Of a stretch of 64,000 bases of DNA, positions 1-10,649 are shown in pieces (position 1 is the stretch's first letter; the number at the start of each line of letters is the position of its first letter). The DNA comes from Vicinamibacterales bacterium (GTDB lineage Bacteria; Acidobacteriota; Vicinamibacteria; Vicinamibacterales; UBA8438). The stretch covers positions 12,037-76,036 of the forward strand of contig CBDAMZ010000005.1 of assembly GCA_965197375.1 (NCBI GenBank). The letters run 5' to 3'. Made by a program: the position numbers and the translations under genes. A model generated the notes under the pieces. It did not search any database. It saw nothing but the letters and a program-made list of their open reading frames with translations, and was not told where the DNA came from.

Positions 1-761
1 AGCTCACGCGAGTTCGCAATAGCATAGTCGAGCGGAGCAGGATCGCCTGGACCATTACTCAAAAAGGTCCCATCGGGTTTTTCAGCCAATAACTCGCGTG
101 CCGGTGTCGACGCCGGAAACACACGGACCTTGCACCCGTAGGCCTCGAGCCGCCGGAGAATGTTCCGCTTCATGCCAAAGTCATACGCCGCCACGCGCAT
201 GGGGCGCCCAGCGCGGCGCCCGGGGGCAACCGTAAACTCGCTGGCCTCATCCTCACCCGTCCAGTCGAACGGGGCACCACAGGTCACGCCTGCAACAAGG
301 TCGCTTCCCTCCATCAGCGGCGCGGTTTTTGCCTTTTCAACCAACGCATTCGGGTCCACTGACCCAGTCCCAATCACACCACGCATTACGCCTGCCGTTC
401 GAAGCAGCCGGGTCAGCGCGCGTGTGTCAACACCTGCGATCGCAACAATATTGTGATCCGATAGGTAGTCCTGCAGCGTCCCGCTCGCCCGCCAATTGCT
501 CGCAATTGGCGACGCCTCTCGCATTACGAAACCCGAAACCTTAGGCCCGCATGATTCGACGTCTTCAGGCACGATCCCATAATTGCCAATCTGCGGACAC
601 GTCATAGTAACGATCTGGCCAGTGTACGAAGGATCGGTCAGGATCTCCTGGTAGCCTGTCATGCTCGTGTTAAAGACGACCTCACCGCACGTCTGACCGG
701 ACGCACCAACAGATACCCCCCGACACCAGAACCCATTTTCAAGAGCGAGCACCGCATTCAT
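1..761 (-). CDS. carA: Carbamoyl-phosphate synthase small subunit (3' end runs off window)
   Basis: Manual translation from ATG at 761: [15 protein letters not shown]...[36 protein letters not shown]; later [12 protein letters not shown] and SNGPGDP. Absent from ORF track because it is open-ended. Confidence 0.95.
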   Translation of the reverse strand, partial: MNAVLALENGFWCRGVSVGASGQTCGEVVFNTSMTGYQEILTDPSYTGQIVTMTCPQIGNYGIVPEDVESCGPKVSGFVMREASPIASNWRASGTLQDYLSDHNIVAIAGVDTRALTRLLRTAGVMRGVIGTGSVDPNALVEKAKTAPLMEGSDLVAGVTCGAPFDWTGEDEASEFTVAPGRRAGRPMRVAAYDFGMKRNILRRLEAYGCKVRVFPASTPARELLAEKPDGTFLSNGPGDPAPLDYAIANSRE

Positions 762-763
762 TG

Positions 764-2875
764 TTAACGGACCACCTCAAGGGAAGCCGCGATGCGAATC
801 TGCTCCGAGCGAGGAACGTCAATCGTGATCGCCCACGGTCGGTATCCGTCCCGTTCGATCCGAACACGGTACGAACCCGCAGGAAGATCGGGAATAAGGA
901 TGGGGGTCACTCCAGTGAACGCAGCGTCAACCAGTACTCGGGCACCGGCCGGTCGCGAGTCGACGAAGACCGATCCGTGCCCCGTGACCGCAGTTTCTTG
1001 CGTGACTTCGCTCCCATTATCCCCGCGGATAAGCTCGACGCGAACCGCAGCGATCGATTCTTCTGCCGACAACACCACGTCGAGTTTTTTGGGCACATAA
1101 CCCGCGGCACTGACGTGCACCTGGTGTGTGCCGTAAGCGATGTCTGGCAACGACAGCGGCGTCTGGCCCCGACTGACTCCGTCAACTGTTACGTCGGCAA
1201 CCGGAGCGTTCGTCCGTACGAGGAGCCAGCCCGCGTCGGCTAACGCCGGCGCTCCAACGGGGTCACTGTGTGGCTCCGCGAAAGACGGCATGGGAGACGA
1301 GATCCAAGATTGGCTTTTCACCGGCATTGGATCCAATGGAGGGTCTAGGAGAACGTTTGACGGCGTCTGGATCACATCCGCGGGGCGCAGGTTTTCATCT
1401 GGCACTTCAGCAACCGTCCCCTCGATCCATTCGTGACTGGCCGTGGCAGACTCGATGGCGGTCAGCGTTTGGTCTACAGGAGAAATGAGGTCGCCGGCAT
1501 TCGAGATTAGATCGCTCAATCCTAGGCCTCCTACGACGACGTAGGCGGCCAGAATTCCCAGCACTGCCGCGGTAGCCAGCAACGGTATGGTTCGCACGGC
1601 CGATCGCAACGGCGGGGTTGCCACTGTGGCGGCGGACACCGGGAACGCAGCAGCGCGCGCGCGCGTGTCCGGGTCATCGAAAAGTGTAGGCGCTGCCGTC
1701 CCCGAGTCCGGATCCATCGCCCCCGCCGGCGCGCTAGCCATTTCGTAGCGCGTGTCAGTTGCGCGAACGATCCGCTCGGAGGCTGGCACAAAAGTCGCTC
1801 CGCTGTGCCCCGCCTCCATCCGAGCGATCACGTCACCAGTTGCTGGTGCCTCAAGGTTGGACGCAGTCTCGACGTTAGCATCATCGCTAGCTACATCGCT
1901 TAAAGGCAACAATGGTTCGCGCACAGCATCCTGGAGCTCCTCCTTTCGATCGCAGGTCTCCGAAGCTGAGGCACCCAAAGCCTGAACCGCCTGCCCGCGC
2001 ACACGGCCTTCTGCCGTAGGGCCAGTCAAACCGATGGCATCGGCTAGCGCAAACCCGAACTCGCCAACCGTCGAATATCGCACCGTCGGCACGTCGGATA
2101 AGGCAGTCGCAAACACGTCACGCAAGGCCTCACGATCACCGCCATCCTTAACGCTAACCTCGTCAAGACGCACGACCATTTGTTTGCCAGCGCCAGCGGC
2201 TCGCTGGCCCGTTAATAATTCATAAGCGATAGCGGCCACGGCGAACCGGTCAGCTTCTGGACTACAGGCACGGCCGGCGATCACCTCAGGCGCCGTGTAC
2301 GGGCGCCGCACCGGGACACGCACCCCGACGTCCTCGAGCGCCTTAGCAACACCAAACCCACTCACGCGAATGTCATCAAGCGTGACGAACACATCGCGTA
2401 AGTGGAACCCCCCGTGTACGACCCCGCGTGTATGCGCCGCGTCCATGGCTGACGCAAGTTGCGAAACGTATGACAGCGCGGTATCGAGCGCCACTGGCGC
2501 GTAGTGCCGCATCGCCACGTCCAACGACCTGGCAGCTACGTACTCTTGAGCGAGATACGGCACGCCGCCTTCGAGCCCAGCGGCAAGAGGCATCACGATA
2601 GCCTGGTGTGTAAGCCCGACATCAACCAGACGGGTGAGTGCATCAATGAGCGTCTGTGCTTGCTCTGGCGTGAAATCGAGATGGAAAACCTTTACGGCGA
2701 CGAAACGATCCCCGGCTGGGTCGTACGCGCGGAACACCGGCCCGACGGCGCCAGCCCCGATCTGATGCATGACCCGAAAGGGCCCGAATGTATCAGAGGC
2801 GGAAAAGAGGCCAGCGTCCCAGCGTGTCAGTAGTTGAACTCCCCCAAGCCGATTTTCGAATGGTACCACGGACAC
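764..2875 (-). CDS. Membrane Ser/Thr kinase-like (pseudokinase) protein with two C-terminal PEGA domains
   Basis: [19 protein letters not shown]; catalytic loop HGGFHLRDV and GFG in place of DFG; one TM helix; two PEGA-like repeats ([35 protein letters not shown]). True start may be slightly downstream. Confidence 0.8.
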   Translation of the reverse strand: MSVVPFENRLGGVQLLTRWDAGLFSASDTFGPFRVMHQIGAGAVGPVFRAYDPAGDRFVAVKVFHLDFTPEQAQTLIDALTRLVDVGLTHQAIVMPLAAGLEGGVPYLAQEYVAARSLDVAMRHYAPVALDTALSYVSQLASAMDAAHTRGVVHGGFHLRDVFVTLDDIRVSGFGVAKALEDVGVRVPVRRPYTAPEVIAGRACSPEADRFAVAAIAYELLTGQRAAGAGKQMVVRLDEVSVKDGGDREALRDVFATALSDVPTVRYSTVGEFGFALADAIGLTGPTAEGRVRGQAVQALGASASETCDRKEELQDAVREPLLPLSDVASDDANVETASNLEAPATGDVIARMEAGHSGATFVPASERIVRATDTRYEMASAPAGAMDPDSGTAAPTLFDDPDTRARAAAFPVSAATVATPPLRSAVRTIPLLATAAVLGILAAYVVVGGLGLSDLISNAGDLISPVDQTLTAIESATASHEWIEGTVAEVPDENLRPADVIQTPSNVLLDPPLDPMPVKSQSWISSPMPSFAEPHSDPVGAPALADAGWLLVRTNAPVADVTVDGVSRGQTPLSLPDIAYGTHQVHVSAAGYVPKKLDVVLSAEESIAAVRVELIRGDNGSEVTQETAVTGHGSVFVDSRPAGARVLVDAAFTGVTPILIPDLPAGSYRVRIERDGYRPWAITIDVPRSEQIRIAASLEVVR

Positions 2876-3072
2876 GCCACAGGCTTAAAGCTATCACAAT
2901 GATCAAGCCAACTGGATCGTGCGCTGAGCGTGTTTAGCGCAGTAACGTTTCATCAATCAACATAGCCCATCGGCACAGTCTGACGAACCAGCCTTAGTGG
3001 TCTATTCAGCATCTCTCCGTAATCCGCATCACCTTGACACTCCCCCAACGTGTTTGAAACAGTACCCTGGAA

Positions 3073-4725
3073 GTGTCGGTCCACACACCCGCCCCGACCA
3101 CACCCACCTCGGGCATCCCTATCGACTTCCGCCGACTATCGTGGGCTGGGCACTTCGTGTGCGACTACTGGCACGCGTTCGACCGGCTAGCGCCGTTTTA
3201 TGCTGGCTCGCCGGCCTCCACCTCAACCTGGAAACGCGTACTCGACGAGCGCCGCGCCCTCGAGGCAGCCCCCCCTGACATCGCGACAGTGGTCGCACGC
3301 CAGCTCAGGGCTAGGCAGGCACCAAATGATGCGCAAGCGACCGCCGAACGTCTCCGCGAACCCGGCACGATCGCCGTCGTCACGGGGCAGCAGGCTGGTC
3401 TATTTGGCGGGCCGCTCTTCAACTTACTAAAGGCCATCACCACAATCGATCTTGCGCGTCGGGTCGCTCGCGAGCACGACGCCACGGTCGTGCCAGTGTT
3501 CTGGATCGACGCTGAAGATCACAACCTCGACGAAATCCGAACCTGTGGAGTGCTTGACGATGAGCTGGAATTCAGGCAGATAACACTTGCCCTTCAATCA
3601 CCACCGGGCACGACAGCAGCCTCAGTTCGCCTCGACTCATCGGTCAACGAAGCCATCGAGCGATTGAGGAACCTTCTGCCACCAACGGAGTTCACCGAAG
3701 CGACCGTGGACGGGATCGCGGCCGCCTACACCGAAGGTGTTGGACTTGTTGAAGCCTTCGCCCGCTGGCTCGACTCGCTGTTGGGACCTCTAGGTCTGGT
3801 GGTCTTCGACGCGTCCGATCCCCACGCTAAACCACTCGTGCGGTCGGTGTTCGAACGTGAGCTCCAGATGCGAGGCGAGACCTCGCGTCTGGCCACCTCT
3901 TCCGGGACCGAACTGGTCGCACGTGGCTATCACGCGCAAGTGGACCCCCAGGCAAGAACGGTAGCGTTGTTTCAGCTCGATGGCACGCGCCAGCCGATTC
4001 GGATCGATGGTGCTGACTTCACCGTCGGTGGCGCCGCACTTTCTTCGGAGGCCCTTCTCGATCAGGTCAACACTCGACCAGAGCGCTTCGGCCCGAACGT
4101 ACTGCTCCGGCCGATCGTGCAGGACTCGCTGTTCCCGACCGTGGCCTACGTGGCCGGACCGAGCGAACTTGTGTACCTCGGCCAACTCCGTCAGATTTAC
4201 CAAAAGTTCGGCGTCCCGATGCCCATTATGTATCCACGGCTCAGCGCAACGATCACTGACACCGCCACACTTAAGTTTTTGAAACGGTACAACCTTAACT
4301 TCGAGAGCCTGCAACCAAGAGACGACACGGTACTTAACCAGCTGCTTGCGACACAGCTGCCAGCATCCGTAGACCGCGCGGTGGCCGACACCGACCGAAC
4401 AATCGCCGAACGGATACACGCATTGGAGGCAGCAGTGCCCACAATCGATCCGACCTTACTGGGCGCTGTCCAATCGACTCGGGTCCGCATGGAGCGTGAC
4501 CTGCGAAACCTTCGCAGCAAGATCATTCAGGCGGCGAAACGCCGAGACGCGACGCTCCGCCGTCAGTTTCGGCGTGCGCGAGCGCAGGCCTTCCCCGAGG
4601 GCCAGCCTCAGGAACGAAGCCTCGCCGGCGTGTTCTTCCTCAACCGCTACGGCCCTGCGTTAGTCGACCGCTTGCTTGCTGATCTTCCGCTCGACCTTGG
4701 ACACCATTGGCTCCTGACCTTATGA
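3073..4725 (+). CDS. bshC: Bacillithiol biosynthesis cysteine-adding enzyme BshC
   Basis: VVTGQQAGLFGGPL..LLKA, PVFWIDAEDH, PNVLLRPIVQD.LFPTVAYVAGPSELVYLGQL, PQER; 550 aa. Confidence 0.9.
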   Translation: MSVHTPAPTTPTSGIPIDFRRLSWAGHFVCDYWHAFDRLAPFYAGSPASTSTWKRVLDERRALEAAPPDIATVVARQLRARQAPNDAQATAERLREPGTIAVVTGQQAGLFGGPLFNLLKAITTIDLARRVAREHDATVVPVFWIDAEDHNLDEIRTCGVLDDELEFRQITLALQSPPGTTAASVRLDSSVNEAIERLRNLLPPTEFTEATVDGIAAAYTEGVGLVEAFARWLDSLLGPLGLVVFDASDPHAKPLVRSVFERELQMRGETSRLATSSGTELVARGYHAQVDPQARTVALFQLDGTRQPIRIDGADFTVGGAALSSEALLDQVNTRPERFGPNVLLRPIVQDSLFPTVAYVAGPSELVYLGQLRQIYQKFGVPMPIMYPRLSATITDTATLKFLKRYNLNFESLQPRDDTVLNQLLATQLPASVDRAVADTDRTIAERIHALEAAVPTIDPTLLGAVQSTRVRMERDLRNLRSKIIQAAKRRDATLRRQFRRARAQAFPEGQPQERSLAGVFFLNRYGPALVDRLLADLPLDLGHHWLLTL

Positions 4726-4754
4726 CCGTCGCGGGTGGCCTCAAGCTCGTGCGG

Positions 4755-4760
4755 TATACT
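4755..4760 (+). promoter_or_regulatory. Putative sigma70 -10 box (TATACT) 10 nt before xdhC ATG
   Basis: gcggTATACTgtcgacgattATG; no Shine-Dalgarno between. Confidence 0.4.
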
Positions 4761-4770
4761 GTCGACGATT

Positions 4771-5640
4771 ATGAACGAAGAAGTGTTCCAAGCCGTCGGT
4801 GAAGCTCTGCGACGAGGAGAGCCGGTGGCGTTGGTAACGATCGTTAGGACGCACGGCTCGACACCGCAGCGTGTCGGAGCAAAAATGCTGGTGTTCGCCG
4901 ATGGCCGGACCACCGGCACCATCGGAGGGGGCTGCTATGAGAACGACGCCTTCTGGAAGGCACGGCGTGCTCTCGAGACACGAAAGCCGCTGGTGGCAAA
5001 GTACGAGCTAACCGACGACATCGCTGAAGAATCCGGGTTGATTTGTGGGGGACAAATGGAAGTCTACATCGAGCCGCTAGAAGCGGCGCCCCACCTGTAC
5101 CTCATCGGTGCCGGCCACGTCGCGTATCATCTCGCCCGTCTGGCGGCAACTGTCGGATTCCGCGTCCACGTGCTCGACGATCGCGAAAAATTCGCTAACT
5201 CTGAGCGGTTTCCGGATGCCGTCGAGGCAACGGTTGCCACCATACCCGACTGGCTCGAACAGGCGACCCTACCGCCCAATGCGTATGTTGTGATCCTTAC
5301 GCGCGGGCACCGCTACGACCTGGATGCACTCCGAGCGTTGGCAAAACGCGACCTGCGGTATCTCGGCCTGATCGGAAGCCGAGCTAAAGTCGCTTCCCTG
5401 CACGAGGCGTTGCACGATGAGGGGGTCGAACTGGAGAACCTCGGCCGCGTGCACGCGCCCGTTGGGCTTGATATCGGCGCCGTTACCCCTCAAGAGATAG
5501 CCGTCAGCATCCTGGCTGAGCTCATCGCGGTTAAATACAGTAAGCTCGTCGACGGCTCATCCGTGCAAAACGGGTCAGTGAAGTCGCTACGATGGACGCC
5601 ACGTCACATCCGGCCGCGACCTGTCCCCGCCAACGAGTAG
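4771..5640 (+). CDS. XdhC/CoxI family molybdoenzyme maturation factor
   Basis: GSTPQRVGAKMLV..GTIGGGC.E, CGGQMEVYIE, GAGHVA, RYLGLIGSRAK, APVGLDIGAVTPQEIAVSILAE; ATG 4771 preferred as start. Confidence 0.9.
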   Translation: MNEEVFQAVGEALRRGEPVALVTIVRTHGSTPQRVGAKMLVFADGRTTGTIGGGCYENDAFWKARRALETRKPLVAKYELTDDIAEESGLICGGQMEVYIEPLEAAPHLYLIGAGHVAYHLARLAATVGFRVHVLDDREKFANSERFPDAVEATVATIPDWLEQATLPPNAYVVILTRGHRYDLDALRALAKRDLRYLGLIGSRAKVASLHEALHDEGVELENLGRVHAPVGLDIGAVTPQEIAVSILAELIAVKYSKLVDGSSVQNGSVKSLRWTPRHIRPRPVPANE

Positions 5641-5664
5641 CCCCGTAATGGCGACTGTGCGGCC

Positions 5665-6012
5665 ATGACACCACGGTTTGGAACCCAAGACACCGCGCGC
5701 GACAAGTTGCCAGAGCGGTCTCGGCGCATTTTCGCCACGATCGCCAAGCAGCACATCGAACACGACGGGCCGGTATCGTCTTTGTGGGTGGCTCAGCGTG
5801 GCGACTTCAATCTATCTTCGGCGTCGGTCCGCAACATTATGGCTGAGCTTGAACAGCTCGGCTACGTGTCCCAGCCCCACACATCTGCCGGCCGAGTGCC
5901 AACCGACCGAGGCTACCGATGCTACGTCGATCTTCTCCTCGCGGCTGTCGATAGCGTATCTCGTGCAGTGAGCCGCGTCCCCGTCACTCACGTGGCCTCG
6001 TCAGACTTATGA
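5665..6012 (+). pseudogene. hrcA: Heat-inducible repressor HrcA with internal in-frame deletion (winged HTH plus terminal helix only)
   Basis: LSSASVRNIMAELEQLGYVSQPHTSAGRVPTDRGYRCYVD; 115 aa versus about 340 aa typical; directly upstream of grpE. Confidence 0.8.
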
Positions 6013-6578
6013 TCGACGACGCGAAACCGGAACAGCGTGACGAGGTGGGGTCCGAGCAGCCTGAAACCGGCGCCGCTTCACTCCCGTCACCGACCGGGAA
6101 AGAAGCCGAAGTCAAAACTGAGGCCGCCGAAAACCCTGAGGAACTCAGGCTTCAATGCGACGAGCACCGCAATCTGCTACTACGAAAAACAGCCGAGTTT
6201 GACAACTATCGCAAGCGGATCGAGCGCGAGCGCGCTGAGGTGTCTCAGGCGGCTGCCGTCGATTTGATCGAAGGGCTGTTGCCACTCATCGACGACCTCG
6301 AACGGGCGCTTGAAATCGAAGCAGATACCGAAGCTGCTGCTGCCTATCGTACGGGCGTCGAGCTGATCCATAAACAGCTACTGGAAGTCTTAGGAAAGCG
6401 AGGCGTCATGCCCATCGAAACTGCCGGCAAAGACTTCGATCCCAACGTCCATCAGGCACTCACCCATGAGGTCAGTCCGGAACATCGGGAGGGTGAAATA
6501 ATCGACGAGCTGCGTCGCGGCTACACCATCGGAGGCCGTCTGCTTAGACCGGCACTGGTGAAGGTGGCCAAGGCGTGA
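6009..6578 (+). CDS. grpE: Nucleotide exchange factor GrpE
   Basis: [43 protein letters not shown]. Confidence 0.95.
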   Translation: MIDDAKPEQRDEVGSEQPETGAASLPSPTGKEAEVKTEAAENPEELRLQCDEHRNLLLRKTAEFDNYRKRIERERAEVSQAAAVDLIEGLLPLIDDLERALEIEADTEAAAAYRTGVELIHKQLLEVLGKRGVMPIETAGKDFDPNVHQALTHEVSPEHREGEIIDELRRGYTIGGRLLRPALVKVAKA

Positions 6579-7723
6579 GCAAACGAGACTACTACGAAGT
6601 GCTCGGAGTTCCGCGAACGGCGGATGCCCAGCAGATCAAGAGTGCTTATCGAAAGCTGGCCCTCAAGTACCATCCAGACCGAAACCCGGAAGACGCAACT
6701 GCCGAGGAACGCTTCAAAGAAGCGGCCGAGGCATACGCCGTCCTCGCTGACTCAGACAAACGGACCCGCTACGATCAATTCGGCCATACAGGTGTTGGCG
6801 CCACACCGGGGTCCTCTGGCTTCGACCCGACCATCTTCGCCGATTTTGGTGACATCTTCGGGGGGCTTGGCAATTTCTTTGGGGTCGATGATCTGTTCGG
6901 CGGCGCGCGGCGGCGTGGTGGGGCCACGCAGGGGGATGACCTACAATATGACCTCGAAATCTCATTCGAAGAAACCGCGGCCGGCACCGAGACAACCATA
7001 CAAATACCCAGCGAAGAAAGTTGCGGCACATGTAGGGGCTCTGGCGCCGCTCCCGGGTCTCGTCCTGAGACGTGCTCCCAATGTCGCGGCCGTGGCCAGC
7101 TCCGCTATCAGCAGGGTCTCTTCACCGTGGCGCGCACGTGCGGACAGTGTCGCGGTACCGGAAAAATTCTCACTCATCCGTGCACGGACTGTCGCGGCGG
7201 TGGCCGCGTCCAGCGAGAGCGCAGGCTCACCGTAAAAGTTCCGGCTGGTATCGCCACCGGCCAGCGCTTACGCCTGCACGGTGAAGGCGAACATGGAATC
7301 AACGGCGGCCCGCCTGGTGATCTCTACGTCGTCGTCCACGTCAAGGAACATCCCTTCTTTCACCGGGATGGGGACGACCTTCTGTATGAAATTCCGATCG
7401 CGTATCCCACCCTGGTTCTTGGCGGGGAAATCGTGGTGCCAACGTTGAACGGCCACGAGAAGCTGACCATTCCATACGGCACCCAGACTAATACGCGGTT
7501 CCGCCTGCGTGGCAAAGGACTGCCAAACGTCTCCGGTCGTGGACGCGGTAACCTGTACGTCGCGGTTCAAGTCGAGGTTCCAACGAAAATGTCGCCAGAG
7601 CAGCGGGGCCTCATCGAAAAGTTGGACAAAATAATGCCACAGAAATCGTTTCAGCCAACCGCGAGGACTGCCGAACAAGAGACTCGGCCTTTCTTCGATC
7701 GAGTCAAGGACATCTTTGGCTAA
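6575..7723 (+). CDS. dnaJ: Chaperone DnaJ
   Basis: J domain with HPD, G/F region, four CxxCxGxG repeats. Confidence 0.97.
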   Translation: MSKRDYYEVLGVPRTADAQQIKSAYRKLALKYHPDRNPEDATAEERFKEAAEAYAVLADSDKRTRYDQFGHTGVGATPGSSGFDPTIFADFGDIFGGLGNFFGVDDLFGGARRRGGATQGDDLQYDLEISFEETAAGTETTIQIPSEESCGTCRGSGAAPGSRPETCSQCRGRGQLRYQQGLFTVARTCGQCRGTGKILTHPCTDCRGGGRVQRERRLTVKVPAGIATGQRLRLHGEGEHGINGGPPGDLYVVVHVKEHPFFHRDGDDLLYEIPIAYPTLVLGGEIVVPTLNGHEKLTIPYGTQTNTRFRLRGKGLPNVSGRGRGNLYVAVQVEVPTKMSPEQRGLIEKLDKIMPQKSFQPTARTAEQETRPFFDRVKDIFG

Positions 7724-7752
7724 GAGCCGTTTCACGCTCGCCATTCACTCGA

Positions 7753-8547
7753 ATGAGTGGCGCTCACGTTCACGCGCAGCCAACGAACACCGAGCGAATG
7801 CCTCCACGCTTCTTCGCTCCTGAGGCGTCCAGTGCAGGAGTCGTCGTAAAACTGCCCCCTGATGAAGGGCGTCACCTCGCTCAGGTGCTACGACTCGCGG
7901 TGGGTGCTACCGTTCGTGTGTTCGATGGCTGCGGGCACGAGCATGCCGCGCGCGTGGATAAGATCGGTCGCGGAGGCGTTTTCGTTTGTACGCTCGAAGC
8001 GGTAGCGGCGGTTCGTGAACCCAGCGTGCGGCTTACCCTTGCCCTCGCGCTCCTAAAAAGCCACAAACTCGATGAGGCGGTCCGCGACGGTACGATGCTC
8101 GGTGTGTCGGCCGTCCAACCGCTCGTCACCGCTAGAACCGAAGTCGCACCGCCAAAGCCCACTCGACAGCGACCTGAACGCTGGTTCAAGATCGCGGTAG
8201 CCTCGGCCAAACAATGTGGCCGCGCTGTAGTCCCACACGTCCACCCACCAACACCCTACGGTCGCTTTATCAGAGAGGATCAACACCGCGTCCGTATCCT
8301 GCTAGTCGAACCCGCTGCAGGATCGCACCGCAGTAAACTGCTGACATTCCAGTCGCTCGCAAATCGCCCTCCGCCCGATTCCGCCGTCGTCGCGGTAGGA
8401 CCCGAAGGAGGGTGGACGGCAGGTGAGCTAGTCCGCGCAGAGAGAGCAGGCTTCGAGCTGCTCACGATCGGGGCCAGGACGTTGCGTGCCGACACGGCAC
8501 CGATCGTCGTGCTAGCGGTATTGCAACTCTTGTGGGGCGATCTTTAG
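7753..8547 (+). CDS. rsmE: 16S rRNA m3U1498 methyltransferase RsmE
   Basis: HLAQVLRL, AKQCGR, VGPEGGW, GARTLRADTA; true start may be ATG 7798. Confidence 0.92.
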   Translation: MSGAHVHAQPTNTERMPPRFFAPEASSAGVVVKLPPDEGRHLAQVLRLAVGATVRVFDGCGHEHAARVDKIGRGGVFVCTLEAVAAVREPSVRLTLALALLKSHKLDEAVRDGTMLGVSAVQPLVTARTEVAPPKPTRQRPERWFKIAVASAKQCGRAVVPHVHPPTPYGRFIREDQHRVRILLVEPAAGSHRSKLLTFQSLANRPPPDSAVVAVGPEGGWTAGELVRAERAGFELLTIGARTLRADTAPIVVLAVLQLLWGDL

Positions 8548-8638
8548 TGTTCGAGCCCGCTGGCCTATCCTTAGTCGTCCGTCACTAGCGGCGCAACCGT
8601 TGGTCCCCCAACGTTTCGTTTATACTGCCCCCACCCGC

Positions 8639-9622
8639 ATGCTATTTCGAGGGCAGATGCTCGGAAAATATAAGATCCTCGCCCCTCTCGGCAGCGGTGG
8701 CTTCGGGGCCGTTTACCTCGCCAAAGATACCTGGATCGACAAGGATGTCGCGATCAAGGTCCCACACAAGCAAAACCTAAACTTCAGCGAGCTACTTCGC
8801 GAGCCTCGGTTACTCGCGGTGCTAAACCATCCGAATATCGTCTCGATCACCACGGCGGATAAAGAAGACAATGTCTTCTTTATCGTGATGGAGTACATCA
8901 AGGGCGACACGCTCGAAGACGTCGTTGCAAACAGCGGTGCGCTGAGCGTAACCCGTGTCATCGATTACGCTACCCAAATCGGCTTGGCTGTCGAACACGC
9001 ACACAGGCAGGGTGTCATCCATCGCGACTTGCGACCACCAAACGTGCTCGTCTCGGCAGCGGGCCTCGTGAAAGTCGCCGACTTTGGTACCTCTCGTTTT
9101 TTGGAAATTGCCGCACATGGCACAACACTGGTCGGCAGCCCCTCTTACATGGCGCCGGAACAATTCGAAGGAAAGGCGGTGTTCGCGTCTGACATCTATT
9201 CGCTCGGCGTCACGATGTATCAGATGGCGACTGGCGTCCTGCCCTACGACACGCCGACTCCGAGCGCGTTGGGCAAGATCAAACGAGGCGAGCTGGTACG
9301 GCCACCGCGCCTGCACAAGCCGGACATCCCCAAAGCGCTAAGTGACGTCGTTATGAAGGCAATGGCACCAGACCTCATAGCCAGGTACCAACGAGCCGGC
9401 GAATTATTGGCCGATCTCGAACACATCCATAGCTCAGGTGCTCGGACCGTTCCGCCCACCGCCCACGAACCGAGCATCTCCAGCCATGGCGAAGCAGACA
9501 TGGGAGGCATCCACGATCGGCCAAAGACAGGCGTCCAATCCTCAGGACGTTTCTGTTGGCACTGTCACAAGCCGCTACACGCCCGCTCCGACCGGTGTCC
9601 GTTTTGCGACGAAACTCAGTGA
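8639..9622 (+). CDS. Cytoplasmic Ser/Thr protein kinase with C-terminal zinc ribbon
   Basis: LGSGGFGAVY, VAIK, HRDLRPPNV, DFG, GSPSYMAPE, SDIYSLG; tail CWHC..CPFC. Confidence 0.9.
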   Translation: MLFRGQMLGKYKILAPLGSGGFGAVYLAKDTWIDKDVAIKVPHKQNLNFSELLREPRLLAVLNHPNIVSITTADKEDNVFFIVMEYIKGDTLEDVVANSGALSVTRVIDYATQIGLAVEHAHRQGVIHRDLRPPNVLVSAAGLVKVADFGTSRFLEIAAHGTTLVGSPSYMAPEQFEGKAVFASDIYSLGVTMYQMATGVLPYDTPTPSALGKIKRGELVRPPRLHKPDIPKALSDVVMKAMAPDLIARYQRAGELLADLEHIHSSGARTVPPTAHEPSISSHGEADMGGIHDRPKTGVQSSGRFCWHCHKPLHARSDRCPFCDETQ

Positions 9623-9677
9623 TGCTAGACTGAGAGGCTGTAAGTTACTTACCGCGCGAGATTTTACTGGAGTCTTG

Positions 9678-10649
9678 ATGAGTTTCGGAACGGGCAAGAT
9701 TTGGATGGACGGCACGTTGGTCGAATGGGCCGACGCTAAGATCCACATCGGTTCCCACGCCCTTCACTACGGTAGCGGGGTGTTCGAGGGTGCACGCTGC
9801 TACGACACCCCAAAAGGTTCGGCCTGCTTCCGGATCGATGCGCACGTTCGTCGGCTGTACGACTCAGCGAAGATCTACCGGATGGAGTACACCCTGAACG
9901 CGGCAGATTTCGAGCGTGCGATTCTTACCACGATCCAGGCTAACCAATACAAGGCATGCTACATCCGTCCGCTGTTCTACCGCGGGTACGGCTCGCTGGG
10001 TGTCAATCCCTTCACATGTCCAGTGGAGGGCGCAATCCTGGTTTGGGAATGGGGTGCCTACCTCGGTGAAGACGCTTTAGAACATGGCGTCGATGTGCAG
10101 GTGAGCTCCTGGGGCCGTGGCGCTCCAAACCGCTTCCCCTCCATCGCAAAGGCGACAGCCAATTATGCTAACGCTCAGCTTGTCAAAATAGAATCGACAC
10201 TCAACGGCTTCGCCGAAGGAATTGCGCTCGATCCGTGGGGGTTTATCAGCGAAGGGAGCGGGCAGAACATCTTCATCGTTCGTGACGGCGCCATTGCAAC
10301 GCCGGCGCTGTCTAACTCGATCTTGCCTGGTATCACGCGCGACGTCGTACTCACACTGGCGCGCGACCTCGGTTTCACCGTCCGGGAGGAAATGCTGCCA
10401 CGCGAAATGCTCTACATCGCCGACGAGTTATTCTTCACCGGAACCGCCGCCGAGATCACGCCTATCCGATCGGTTGACAAGATCACTATCGGGAACGGCT
10501 CGCGCGGGCCCGTAACGGCAACCATCCAACAACGCTTCTTCGACACCATCAACGGCCGTCAGCCTGACACACATGGCTGGCTGACCTACGTCTACGGTAA
10601 GGACGCACCCCGCCAAGAATCGGTGCTGGCGCCGGCCAGAACTCGTTAG
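9678..10649 (+). CDS. ilvE: Branched-chain amino acid aminotransferase
   Basis: HALHYGSGVFEGARCY, EGSGQNIF, ILPGITRD, ADELFFTGTAAEITPI; ATG 9678 after GGAG. Confidence 0.95.
   Translation: MSFGTGKIWMDGTLVEWADAKIHIGSHALHYGSGVFEGARCYDTPKGSACFRIDAHVRRLYDSAKIYRMEYTLNAADFERAILTTIQANQYKACYIRPLFYRGYGSLGVNPFTCPVEGAILVWEWGAYLGEDALEHGVDVQVSSWGRGAPNRFPSIAKATANYANAQLVKIESTLNGFAEGIALDPWGFISEGSGQNIFIVRDGAIATPALSNSILPGITRDVVLTLARDLGFTVREEMLPREMLYIADELFFTGTAAEITPIRSVDKITIGNGSRGPVTATIQQRFFDTINGRQPDTHGWLTYVYGKDAPRQESVLAPARTR

Noticed and set aside
6009..7723. dnaK missing between grpE and dnaJ
   Set aside because: grpE and dnaJ overlap (GTGA) with no scar, and dnaK is often encoded separately. No evidence of loss.
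9438..9677. Long N-terminal extensions on ilvE and likewise acpP, rpmF, skp, ubiD and meaB in the ORF track
   Set aside because: These come from longest-ORF start choice and overlap upstream genes. Downstream starts match family N-termini.
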